Both the position numbers and the translations under genes were made by a program. A stretch of DNA of 64,000 nucleotides from Psammoneis japonica (lineage: Eukaryota), in contig QPGO01000027.1 in NCBI GenBank assembly GCA_008632985.1, forward strand, positions 434,001-498,000, given 5' to 3'. Positions 37,929-49,986 of the stretch are shown piece by piece. The notes beneath the pieces were generated by a model, which made no database searches, was not told the DNA's origin, and was given only the letters and a program-made list of their open reading frames with translations. Positions within the stretch are counted from its first letter, which is position 1. Every line of letters starts with the position of its first letter.

Positions 37929-40198
37929 ATGAGAGTGTTGGTAGTTTCGATCGCCGCCTTGCTTTCAGGCAATTTCGCCTCTGCCGATGACACGCGACAG
38001 CTGACTCGCGTGCTCAAGAGTCGGATTTTAGGATGCTGTGTTGATTGTGTCTGCGATCAAGCGGGAATGACCAATTACTGCGCGTGTGATTGCAGTGGAT
38101 GTAAAGGAGGGAAGGGTTACAGTTCAAGCAGTAGCAGTAGCAGCAAGAGCAAAGGCGGCAAGAAGGGAAGTGGAAGTGGCAGTAGCAGTAAAAGCAAAGG
38201 TGGTAAGAAGGGAAGCAGCAGCAGCAAAAGCAGCAGCAGCTCACCTCCACCACCACCTCCGCCGACGCCACCTCCTCCTCCCCCACCGACGCCGCCGCCT
38301 CCTCCTTCACCGCCTCCTCCTCCTCCTCCACCGCCTCCTCCTCCTCCTCCTCCGCCGCCTAAACCGTCCAGCTCCAGTTCAAGCTCTTCCAGTTCATCGA
38401 GCTCGTCCGGTTCATCGAGCTCGTCTTCACCAAGCTCGTCCAGTTCATCGAGCTCGTCCAGTTCATCGAGCTCGTCCGGTTCATCGAGCCCATCCGGTTC
38501 ATCGAGCCCATCCGGTTCATCGAGCCCATCCAGTTCATCGAGTTCGTCCGGTTCATCGAGCTCGTCCGGTTCATCGAGCTCGTCCNNNNNNNNNNNNNNN
38601 NNNNNNNNNNNNNNNNNNNNNNNNNNNNNNNNNNNNNNNNNNNNNNNNNNNNNNNNNNNNNNNNNNNNNNNNNNNNNNNNNNNNNNNNNNNNNNNNNNNN
38701 NNNNNNNNNNNNNNNNNNNNNNNNNNNNNNNNNNNNNNNNNNNNNNNGCAAGTCGTCCACGGGCGGTGGCAGTACTGGCAAGTCGTCCACGGGCGGTGGA
38801 AGTACTGGCAAGTCGTCCACTGGCGGTGGAAGTACTGGCAAGTCGTCCACGGGCGGTGGAAGTACTGGCAAGTCGTCCACGGGCGGTGGAAGTACTGGCA
38901 AGTCGTCCACGGGCGGTGGCAGTACTGGCAAGTCGTCCACTGGCGGTGGCAGTACTGGCAAGTCGTCCACTGGCGGTGGAAGTACTGGCAAGTCGTCCAC
39001 GGGCGGTGGAAGTACTGGCAAGTCGTCCACGGGCGGTGGAAGTACTGGCAAGTCGTCCACTGGCGGTGGCAGTACTGGCAAGTCGTCCACTGGCGGTGGC
39101 AGTACTGGCAAGTCGTCCACTGGCGGTGGAAGTACTGGCAAGTCGTCCACTGGCGGTGGCAGTACTGGCAAGTCGTCCACGGGCGGTGGAAGTACTGGCA
39201 AGTCGTCCACGGGCGGTGGCAGTACTGGCAAGTCGTCTAGCAAGTCGTCCACAGGCGGTGGAAGCTCCAGCAGCAGCAGTGACGACCCAGCAACAGCTCC
39301 AGGTCCGCCGTCTCCATCGTCTAGTTCCAGTTCGTCGAGCTCCAGTTCGAGCGATTGTCCACCTACGAGCTCTAGTAGTTCAAGCAGCAAGTCTAGTAGC
39401 AGCCCAGGCGTGTCTCCCGAACCGCCAACCCCGCCGGCACCCACTCCACCGGCGCCAACCCCGCCGTCACCACCCCCGCCTCCGCCTCCTCCTCCCCCGC
39501 CGTCACTACCACCACCACCACCACCGCCGCCACCGGCGCCAACCCCACCGGCTCCTACGCCACCCGCACCGAAGCCAACGAAACCATCAAAGTCATCGTC
39601 AGGACCAAGCGAGAGCTCCGGTTCAAGCACTTCGTCCGGGTCAAAGTCTAGCGAATCGTCAGAATCGCCAGGAATGTCTCCTCCGATGCCAACTCCGCCA
39701 AGTCCATCGAAGCCAGCATCGTCGGCTAGCTCTGGAAGCTCTCCTGCGAAGAGTCCATCTTCTGGAAGCAGCACGTCGCCTGCAATGCCGTCTGCAAGTA
39801 GTGGCGGGATGTCATCTGGCAGCAGCGCGTCACCTGCAAGCAGTGGCGGGATGTCTTCTGGCAGTAGCGCGTCACCTGCAAGCAGTGGCGGGATGCCGTC
39901 TGGCAGCAGCGCATCACCTGCAAGTAGTGGCGGGATGCCGTCTGGCAGCAGCGCATCACCTGCAAGTAGTGGCGGGATGCCGTCTGGCAGCAGCGCATCA
40001 CCTGCAAGTAGTGGTGGGAAGCCGTCTGGCAGCAGCGCGTCACCTGCAAGCAGTGGCGGGATGCCGTCTGGAAGTGGTGGGAAGCCATCTGGAAGTGGTG
40101 GGAAGCCGTCTGGAGGCAGTGCTGGCTCCGGCTCTTCAGCCAAGAGCCCGTCTTATTCTGGAACCCGAGGATCAAAAAACTCAAGATCAATGCATTGA
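37929..40198 (+). CDS. Secreted silaffin/cell-wall-like Ser/Gly/Pro/Lys-rich repeat protein (spans an assembly gap)
   Basis: Signal peptide MRVLVVSIAALLSGNFASA, then RQL/RVL/RIL motifs, a Cys cluster, KGGK/KSKGGKK motifs, poly-Pro and poly-Ser. After the gap, the frame starting at 38750 reads (GKSSTGGGST)n and stays open to the stop at 40198. Confidence 0.8.
38586..38747. other. Assembly gap (N run) within coding tandem repeats
   Basis: 162 Ns between an 18-bp-unit Ser-rich array and a 30-bp-unit array. Confidence 0.99.
38748..39237 (+). repeat. 30-bp coding tandem array, ~16 visible units (GKSSTGGGST)
   Basis: Unit GGCAAGTCGTCCAC(G/T)GGCGGTGG(C/A)AGTACT; both variable positions are synonymous in this frame. 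Confidence 0.95.
39794..40070 (+). repeat. 42-bp coding tandem array, ~6.5 units (ASSGGMPSGSSASP)
   Basis: Repeat visible directly in DNA and translation. Confidence 0.9.
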
Positions 40199-40579
40199 AC
40201 GAGTTCAAGTAGAAGGTAGTGGCTCGTGTTTCTGAGCCACTCTGATTTATATAATTTTCTGTGTATACGACTATTGGAAGGAATGCGACGGGTGCAAGAT
40301 TATTTGTGCTGTTTACCGTCGTTATTATAGACCTTTTCAGGATGTATTGCGTAATTGTTTTCTTAAAGTTTGCCATTGACACTGAATTCTAGACTATGGT
40401 TGTGGTGGTTTCTGTATCGCTACAGTACACTGCGCCACTCTAACGTAAAAACAATGGATTACAAAAGTGCCATAGCAGCAGTAATTGATCATTACTTTTA
40501 GTAACGATGGAAGTCGTTGCTCGGACGTCGACGCAGTCAGGTTCTTCAGGCGTCGCGTACAGGACAAACCACGTCAGGT

Positions 40580-41695
40580 TTAGTTAAACCATCCTGCAAC
40601 ATTCTCTAGCACGTTTTCGACGCCCTTTTCCATATCACCGAGATCAATAGCTTGATAAGCATCTCGGCATGCCTCGGGCGAAGGGCGCTCCGATTGTGAC
40701 ATGACTGGTTTGGGTTGCCCAACCTTTGGCTTTCTCGCCATTGTCCATTCGTTAGGAAACGCTCGATACAAGAGGCATCCTGGTGCCTCTTCCTGGGGAG
40801 CAGCAGATAGATGGAACACTGGTTCAAACTCTTGAAGAAATAACTTTTCGGTTTCATCTGTTCCGAAATTTTCAATCTTGGCGAGGCGGGCATTAAGAAT
40901 GATAACACAAGTTTCCATGCCCACCTGCCGGCACACCTTCTCCACCTGAATCAACTCCTTAGGACCTGGAGCAACGAAAAGGGCAAGCTCCGTGCCCTCG
41001 GGGAGCTGGAAGGGCCCTGACGCAGATGACACATCATCAACCTCGGCAGCCATTTTGGCCGCAAAGCCCATGGGTTTTTTCTTCTTCTTTGAGCTACCCA
41101 TTCCTCGCCACCCGCGCCCTTATTCTTCCGTTTTCTCCCAAGCGACAAGACACGGCAAGAGGCCGAAGCATCATTCTTCCATTTCTTAAGGGCGTCTCCG
41201 AGGCCTCGTCGTCGTTAAAAACTACCGCAAGATGCTCTCCACCTAAAGGCTGGAACATCTCTACAAAGAGCCTCGCCAGTTCCCTATCCGACTTTTCAAG
41301 CATATCTCTAGTCACGCCCTCGTTTTCTTCGCTTTCCCTGCTCCTCCCATCATTGCCTTTCGCTTCTTTTTCTTGCCCACGTCCTTCTCGACACCAAACT
41401 TTGTCCCCACTGGCATTTCAATGTCCATTCGAGAGATTCGTTTTCCCAAGGCCTCCTGGACTGCAGCACGACATTTGGATACAGCGTCCTTTACATCTCG
41501 TGGAAGCTCTTGTTGTTGACTGCCGCCACCAAACGAAATCATTTCAAGAGGAGCGGTAGTTCTTGTACATTGTCGGAGGGAAGATTTCGTATTCGAAACA
41601 AATGCACCTCTTGCACAAGAAGCACTCCAAAGCAAAGAGCAAACTAGCAATGCTCTACTGGTATATTTTGTGCGATACCCATTTCCTACTGACAT
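40580..41695 (-). CDS. Plastid-targeted DUF1995 (LPA3-like) protein; three apparent 1-bp frameshifts
   Basis: Presequence CARG-AFV plus SRMDIEMP, SDRELARLF, IILNARL, FEPVFHL and LYRAFPNEW motifs, spread over shifted frames between ~41340 and ~41100. Confidence 0.7.
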
Positions 41696-42242
41696 GGTGT
41701 TTTGTCGTAGTATTTATGGCAAATTTTGAACTGATTCAATGCTGATACCTTTGTTCGCCGATGGATGAGAGGCAAGATGATCAATGATCACTGATCATGA
41801 TCGGGTGATGGAGGTGTGATCGCGTGATCGCGCGGGCGGCGATCTTCAACTTCTTTGCTTCAACGTGAATCATCATCACAACAACATTATTACCATATGT
41901 ATGTAGGGCTACTCTCTAGCTAGAGAGGGCCCTACAAGATACTGTATCTAGCCCTACCGTACCCACAACCTCTAATGAAATGTATGGATAGTCGGATTTG
42001 GCGTCAAACCCCTGCGATAACAGATGTCGACAGGAGTAGACATTAAAACGACAGCATTAGTGGAATCAGTGGAACTGCATGATGATTCACACGCTTTTCT
42101 TAGTTTTTGTTTGGTATTTCACATGATATCTCCTAAGTACGCTAGAAATAAGAGTTCTCCGGATTCATCGCAACAAAAACAAAGCCACACTCTAAGGGAC
42201 CTCTTGCAATAGTTCTCTAGATGTATTTTACTGGAGTTGGTG

Positions 42243-43360
42243 TCACCCATACTGCTTCTGAATGTATTCAATTATAGCTTGCGATTCAAACAAAGAAACA
42301 CCCGTGTTTTCATCGTAAAGGTATGGAACTTGAAAACGACCCGTTTCTTGTTTTAGCGTTTGTCGGTTTGGACTACCTCTTGGACATGAAATTTGTGTAT
42401 GCGGGATTTCCAACGCACACAACTCCTCTCGTACCAATTTGCAAAAGGGACTACCTTCGTAGGCCCAAAATATCACGGGCTGATTTGTCGGCGGTGGATT
42501 GGACGGTTTCGCAGTCCCGCCTTTTCCCGCCCGTGCCAACAAACCCAACCCAGCTGTCAATGCTGTCACACCAGGAGTTGACAATGTCCATGGCACCTTG
42601 CCGGATCCATACGTTTTAAACAGATATTCCACGATAGCATCAGATTCAAACATTTCAATACCAGTGTTGGGATCACGCAAAAAAGGAAAGGTCGCACGCC
42701 TTCCGTATTGTTCTTTAATGTCTCGTCGATATCTAGCTCCATCTTTAGGACACGGACAAAAGGTAACTGAAAGTGACAACATGGACACCGCCTCACGAAC
42801 CTTGCGACAAAAAGGACAAGCTTCAAATTCATAAATCACAATTGGCTCCCGCTGTAGCCGACGATTCAAATTTTGTTGCGCAAAGGACGTTTCCGAGATT
42901 TGATACTTGTCAATCGCAGCAATGGTGTATTTTGAGTCATCCCTCTCTGTGATGGAAACCCCGTATCCATCGGCAAACACGCCACTGCCAAAACGAAAGA
43001 CAGCCTTATCAACGAAAACAACTGAATGAGCACAGACACTTTCTAAATTACCTGTGACTGCCTGATTTGCAAAACGAAACTTACCGGTATTGATGCCGTG
43101 AATAGCGCTGGCAAATCTTGAGGTCGAGCATAAAATGTTTTCGGTTCGAGTCTGCTTGTCATGTTTAATTCTTTCAGCACTGCAGCGCCATCTTTTTCAT
43201 CATCTTGTGGCGCAGGCGGCGCAAAGGGGTTGGATTTTGAAATTTCATCCAAAATGCTTCCAAAAGGGAATTTGGAAGCCGCAAAGCCGTGACTAGGGGT
43301 CGCTTCAAAGACGAGTGCTAGCAACGCTGCGAAACGAGATGCAGAAATAATCATGGTCAT
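42243..43360 (-). CDS. Plastid protein with two GST-N/glutaredoxin-like domains; 2 exons
   Basis: YEFEACPFCRKVRE..FPFLRDPNTG..MFESDAI and YEGSPFCKLVRE..QVPYLYD..LFESQAI. Signal peptide with SHG-F cleavage motif. Confidence 0.88.
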
Positions 43361-43645
43361 GGTCGACGCCTATGGGGTTGACGACAAAAAATCAAAAAGA
43401 AAAAATGGCGGGAACACGTCATGGAATACGGAATCAAAGACTGCAATTCGATCATGCCTGTGACGTCACGAGTTGCGAGATTGATAGATAGATAGATTCG
43501 TGACCACATAATCGTTTGCACGTCACACACGTTGAAACGATGGATGATGGTGCGTGCTCATTTTTTTTTTGAGCGGGTCGACAAAAACAACAACAACGAC
43601 TTGAACCAATCTTTGTTGTTTTGATACGCCGCCATTTTTCAGTCC

Positions 43646-45286
43646 ATGTGGTGGAAACGTCTGATTGTTCCAGTAAATTATCGATCAGCAACTGCTTTTG
43701 TTCCAATGAGAATCCGTGGGTTTGATTTAGCGGGTAGCGGTGGTGGAGCGATTGCCGTGAATAAAAAGAGCTATTCGTCGTCGGTTCCAGTGGTGGCCTC
43801 GAGCACAAATCATCGGGAATTTAGTCAACGTGGATTGGATGCTGTCGAGTTGCTGCCGATTTACTTGGCTGATGCACGAAAAGTCGAACGATACTGCCCT
43901 AAAACGTGTCCGGAGGGTGCGTTGCAATTGAGTGTTGCGGAGAATCAAATGTTGGAAAATGTCTTGGTGCCGGCACTATCCAAGTTTTCATCACGTGCTC
44001 CAGCGTTTGAGGCCTCGTTAATTTACTATCAGCCTACTCAGGGACGTTTGGAATTTCGACAAGCTATGGCAAACTATTTACAGCGAACTCTGAAACTAAA
44101 CAAACTGAATGTGGACGGACTTGTCGTTGGCGCCGGGTGCAATGCCGTCTTGGAGAATTTATGTTTTTGTTTGGCATCCCATGGTGATGCCGTATTGATT
44201 CCTACTCCGTATTATGCGGCTTTTGAATTTGATTTGGTTGCAAGAGCTGGTACGTAAAAAAAAAAAAGCGACGCAGGAAAGCATGCTTGATCGAGTCAAT
44301 CTCGCCCTTCTCCTTTCACAATCTAACACAAGTCTGCAATTTCCTCGTTTGTTTCGTCTGGATCAGGTCTCTCCATTCAACCCGTTACAACATTTGACCA
44401 CCACTCGGGAATAGAAATATCTTCATCCTTGCCTGTTCCTGCGGAAGCCTATTATCCAAACAAATCCTCCTTGGACGCTGCGTTTGAAAAATCACGCAAT
44501 GCCGGACACGAACCGCGCGTGTTGCTCCTGAGTCATCCAAATAACCCACTGGGAATATCCTATCCACCCCATGTGATTCAAGAATGCATTGATTGGTGTC
44601 GAGAACGGGAGGTACATCTTGTGAGCGATGAAATCTATGCCGGTAGCGTCTACCGCAACAAGGGTGATTCTTTTACCAGCACATTGAAATTAGCGTCACA
44701 AGAAACACCCACGGGGGAGGAGGGATTGGGATTGGGTCCCTACATTCACTTGGTGTATGCGCTGTCCAAGGATTTTGCGTTGTCGGGGTTGCGTGTGGGT
44801 GCTTGCTATACCGAGAATCAATCCATTCTCCTTCCCATGCAAAAGCTCAATGATTTGTGTCAAATATCATCACAGACACAAACACTGGTGGAGCGCATGC
44901 TTGATACTCGTGAAGGGGACGAGTATTGGACGGACGCAACCTTGCGTCAGTCTCATGACTTGATTCGTACAAGATGTGATGAGCTTCAATCTTGCTTAAA
45001 GGAATGCGGTATTCCGTACTTGCAAGCTGATTCTGGTTTGTTTGTATGGATGGATTTCCGAGAGTTCTTACCAAAGAACGATTCGAATGACATTCAAGCC
45101 ATGGAACGTGCACTGTATCTGGAACTTATGAATGACTTTGGATTGCTCTTTACTCCTGGCCTCAGTATGAAGAATGAGTTTGCTGGCTTCTTTCGGTGTG
45201 TCTTCACTGCCGCAACGGACGACGAATTTGAGCTTGGTATCGAGCGGGTTCGCAAGTTTGTGGCCGCCAAGAGAAATCTGAGTTAG
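43646..45286 (+). CDS. PLP-dependent class I/II aminotransferase, ACC-synthase-like; intron ~44249-44366
   Basis: LQLSVAEN, YYQPTQG, PTPYYAAF, HPNNPLG, SDEIYA, ALSKDFALSGLRVG (PLP lysine), GLFVWMD and GFFRCVF motifs. Confidence 0.9.
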
Positions 45287-45392
45287 CTAACGATAAATTT
45301 TAAAAACTGTAAAAGTTTCAAAACTGCAAATAGAGTCTAGTTATGCCTTGCTTCCCTTCGCTGATTTCTCTGTACGTTGCTCGCTCTCCTGT

Positions 45393-45982
45393 TTATCGCA
45401 ATTTCTTGGACAGCAAGTAGCAGTGTGGCGGATCGATTCTACGGTAATAGTTCTCAACCATGGGTCCCTTGACAAAGTCGAATTTCGTCGTGTAGAATCG
45501 AATAGCATCGGCATTGGATATTTGAACATGAAGCGCAATTTCTTCCACGTTTGCCAACTCCCCGTCCTTTTCTTTTTCGTAGTAATCCAAGACGGATTGT
45601 ATCAATTGCGCTCCAATACCTCGGCCTCGGTAGGCTGCCAAGACACCCAACGTCATTATATACAAACGACAGCGCTGCGGGTCTTCTTTAATGATTGGTT
45701 CCACTCGAGTGCACACGGCTCCCACCACAAAGTCGTTGCAATAGGCAAATTTGTTCAAACCAACATTGCTGCTTGCTGCGACGTGCTGATAAAACATGTC
45801 GTTGTAGCTTACGGGGAAACAAGCAGTATTGACCTTTCGTAGCTATGAAAGAGAGAGAGAGAGAGAGATCGTAATGGTAAGTGACGATACGACAAACACG
45901 ATACCTGCTCAACAACTTCTCCTACCTGCTCAACATTGTCTGCGGTTATCCCGCCAAATTCAACCTTTATCTGCTTTGGCAT
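45393..45982 (-). CDS. NAA50: N-alpha-acetyltransferase 50 (NatE catalytic subunit); exons 45982-45926 and 45842-45393
   Basis: NVEQLRKVN..CFPVSY, LYIMTLGVLAAYRGRGIG, LHVQISN..AI.FY and ENYYRRIDPP motifs. Confidence 0.9.
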
Positions 45983-46889
45983 TTTCTCTTAGTCTACTGA
46001 CCCTACGTGTGAATTATGAACAAGGTCTCTTCTTTAGACGCTTTGCCGCTATTTGAGAAGCGAGGCGAGCATTGGTTGAGAAAACTGATGCTCTTCATGT
46101 TGAACGACGGCTTCCCGTTCGATCTTTTGCGGCTCTATCGCGACGCTATCCTCTCGACATGCTGCGGGGGACGGACAGATGTTTTGGTCCATGCTGCTTC
46201 GCTTCGTTCGTTCGTTCGTTCGTTCGTTCGCTTCTCACTTCGATTGCGGCCGGCGGAACCAGCCCCATGCCAAGGCTTCCTCCTTCACAGTTCACAGGCA
46301 GCCCCCCCTTTGACATGCTCTCTCCTGCCTCAACCCCAACAAGACCCATCCCACAACCTCGAGCTTGCCTCCCGCGTGCGCTTTCTCAACATGCCGAAGG
46401 TTTCTTCTTCCCCTGCTCTCATCTGTCTGCACCCAAAACCTCTTCTGCCACCTTGCTTCAACACTGGCATCTGACTTGGTCCATCATCCTTTGCCACTTC
46501 CTTGGCTGCCCTCATGAAGTCTGCAACACTTTCCAGACTCCACTGCCACCCACGCCATGCCCATCAACAGCACACTGCCCCCACCCTTGACAACATGCTT
46601 CCTCTGATGTCCCAGCCTCCCTGTCTTCTCCTCTCAATGCTGACAAGCCTTCTGCTGTGCCCCCTTTCTTGCCGGCCAAGTTCCCTGCAGCTGGCTCACT
46701 TCTGACACCTGTGCCATTGCTGCTCAATGCAAGCACCCATCCTTCCACTTGCATCACCAGCTCTCTGACTGCCCCTGCAGCCATGTGTCACACCCTTGTT
46801 GCCTGCGTGGCAATCATGCTTTTTCTTGTTGCAAGAAGTGCACAGCCACAAGCCCAAGCTTTGCTTCTGGTGGCCTGTCTCTGCAAGAA

Positions 46890-47165
46890 TGACAGGATTT
46901 GAACAGGGTTTGGGTGCGCGTGAAATGTCGCACGCTGTTTAGTTTGCCGCGCACAGTTTTGTGTGCTTCAGTTCCACGCGTTCGCGCGCGATGCAGTTTG
47001 CTTTCGAGCCACAAGGCTCACAAGAACAATGACAGCAGCCCGATTGCACCGACTTCCATGTCTTTCGGCTCCTGCAACGGTCTCTGAGCAGAAACTCATC
47101 TGCCATTTAGACAGCAGCAAGGAGTTGTTGTTTGAATTCTTGCCATTTGCCTTCAATTTCTGCCA
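46890..47165 (+). repeat. 5' LTR (276 bp)
   Basis: Direct repeat of 49987-50261. Confidence 0.95.
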
Positions 47166-48930
47166 GATTAACAGTCTTGCTCATTGTCAACCCATTGAGC
47201 AACCGCCATCGTCGTCCTTGATTTACCGACGACGCTTTCAATTCTGCGTGGACCTCCGTGTGTGTTCTACGTACATCGGCAAGTCTACGCGCATTCAATG
47301 CCAGGCATCGGCAGGAAGTTAACGTCGCCGTCAAGTCTCCTCACCGCTGGATGTCTGGATTGATCGCACCACCTTTCATCGGTGAAGACATGCATTCAAC
47401 GGTCACATCCAAGTCTGTCCTTGATCCTCATCCCTTGACACACCCATTCAACGGTTAACGGTCAAGAACCCCACATGTTCAAGGATCTTCGTCGCTGAAG
47501 ACATGTGTGTGTGCACATCTTCACGGCCAAGAACTTGCACCCACTCTTTGGACTGCGGCTTTGCTGCCACTCTACAAGCACACCGAGTCCATTGCACCTG
47601 ATCCACCCCAGACCACTGGTGCTCTGCAGTTCCACCAGGTCCACGAGGACGACTGTGAGAGCAAGCAGCCATGATTGCAGCCCACGTTGGGGCGAGGGTG
47701 TTTTTCCCGCGTTTGTTCGTTCGTCCACAGTGCCTGACGCCTGCGTCAACTGGCCAGCCTGATCGGGAAATCCAACCGATGTAAAATGAGAATGGTTCGG
47801 GGGTCTTGTCCACCTCTGGTCAGCTTGCCTGCAGGGGTTTACAACCCACTGCTCCGCTCGCAAGCAACCCAAAGCGCCGCCAGCTGCGGGTTCGGACGTG
47901 CCGGCACAACTCTGCGGACCGGATGGGAAGTTTGGCACTCAACAACGAACGGGATGGCACAGCCCGGCGACTTCTGATTTTAAGACAGTCCAAGATTTCA
48001 AGTCAAGTCCAGCTCAAGTCAAGTCTTTTTCAAGCCAAGTTCCAAGTCAAAACTCCGAGTCAAGATCGCGCTCTAGATTGGATCCTGTCTTTTGTTTCTA
48101 CTGCACCGTCCTCCATCATGGTTCTCATGTGACAGCAACAAACCGAAAGCTTCAAATGCATTCTAGGCACTGTGCTCAATCAAGATTATGACAGCCCTCT
48201 TCGTTCTGCCCTGTCCATCAATGGGATTGAATCGTGCGAGGAATTGTTCACGTTCTTACCCACCCAAATTGACGCCCTCACTTACAGAGACGGCGCCAAT
48301 GCAGTGCCTTTGCCATGGACCCACAGAAACCTCCTGGCAGCTTTGATCAGCTTCTACTTTGTCAAAGTTTGCAATGGTGACGATGTGACCAATGAACCCC
48401 AGTTGCTCACACCGGATGAATTTCGCAACTGCCGCCTTGGTCCAGACTGCTTGACCTCTCTAGCCACTGGCGCAGCACCCTTTGCACCTGTGCCGAGTCC
48501 CTTGCCATCCAAACCAGGTGAACCCAGTGCCATTTTGACACCAGCCTTGCACTGTGCCACCACTCAGGTGTCCCCCAGAAGTGGTGTCAGTCGCGCCCCG
48601 CATGTCTTGACCAACCCGCCTGCAAGCAACCTCGGCCCAGTGCAGGATTGCAGCCCTTGCACAGGCCCGCACTTCGAGACCAGTTGGGACACTCCACCCA
48701 TGGCTTCCAAAGCTGCAGTCTTTGCACCCCGCAAACCACGTGCTGCCAACCTCCACGTGTCAACCACTGTCGCCCTTCACAGTCTTCGTTTGGGAAGTGA
48801 TGGAGATGACAACTTGCTTCTCGCATCTCCTGATGGGGAGCCTCCTTTTCCTGTCATTGAATCTGTTCACAACAGCTCAACCGGTTCATCAGATGGGGAG
48901 TTCAGGACATCCAAGCAGCTTTGTTGTCTT

Positions 48931-49440
48931 TGGATGCCTCAAGTCTTGCACCTTGAGACTGGGCCTCCTGATTGGATGCCTCAAGTCTCGTGCCTCGAGA
49001 CTGGGCCTCCTGATTGGATGCCCCAAGTGTCGCACATCAAGACTGGGCCTCCTGATCGGATGCCCCAAGTCTCGTGCCTTGAGACCAGGCCTCCCAACTG
49101 GACTCTCCATGTCTCGTGCCTCAAGACCGGGCCTCCAAATCGGATCCTCCACATCTCATGCCTCAAGACTCGGCCTCCGGATTGGATCCCTCAAGTCTTG
49201 CGCCACGAGACTCGGCCTCCTGATTGGATCCCCCAAGTCTCGCACCTCAAGACTTGGCCTCCTGATTGGATCCCCGAAGACTCGTGTCACAAGACTGGCA
49301 AGTCCTTTTGGATCCCAGAAGTCTTGCAGCACGGGACTGGTTGCCCCAATCAGACATCTGCAGCCTTGCACCACAAGATGTCTTGCTCCAATCCGATCCC
49401 CGAAGGCTTGCACCTTGAGACTCGCTTCTCCAATTGGATC
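48931..49440 (+). repeat. 42-bp tandem array (~12 progressively diverged units) inside the LTR element
   Basis: Unit TGGATGCCTCAAGTCTCGTGCCTCGAGACTGGGCCTCCTGAT, translating as WMPQVSCLETGPPD. Confidence 0.9.
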
Positions 49441-49986
49441 AGTCTCTCAGGAGATGCAGCTGAGCTTGCAATCGGATTGGTGGAACACAAGACCACCGCT
49501 TGTGCCTTTGAACTCATGCTTGCTCTGTTCCCCAAGTCGTGCAAACGCCATGCCACCCTGCACGAGCACTGCTCTGTTTTTCTGGCAGCAGCCCAGTGTG
49601 GCAACCGTCCCAAGAACCAACAGACGGCCATCAGTCTTTATGACCTTCGCTCAGGAAGTGAAGGCGATGTCAACTTGTTTGCATTGTCCTGCAATGTTGC
49701 CCCACCGTTCAACATTGTCAACCAGACCAAGCTTTGCTCCTTCCATTGCAAGTGCGGATGTGGAATCCCACAAGATCCCAAGTGTGCCTTGAGCTTTGAA
49801 AAGCACAACGGCATCTACAATTGGGGAGACGCAGCTCTTCTCAAGATGACCCACTTGGAGAATGCAACGTTGCTCTTGGATCTTGATCCTTTCTTGTCTC
49901 CTCATGTTTTGGTGCTTTGACTCCAAAGTTCTTCAGTCAATCCGAAGTCGAATCTGTTTCTGTGACTCCTCAAGCAAACTGGGGAG

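Noticed and set aside
38748..39237. 30-bp repeat array as a CRISPR array
   Set aside because: Head-to-tail repeats with no unique spacers, in a eukaryotic coding context, and no cas genes.
38359..40143. 594-aa minus-strand ORF (LPVLPPPVDD repeats) and plus-strand ASRPRAVEVL / WQVVHGRWKY repeat frames
   Set aside because: Shadow frames of the tandem array. Unit variation is synonymous in the GKSSTGGGST frame, which also fits the upstream signal peptide and composition; the frame across the N gap is arbitrary.
48931..49440. 42-bp array as CRISPR or a functional repeat protein
   Set aside because: No spacers; it lies inside an LTR element and its upstream gag start carries an in-frame TGA.
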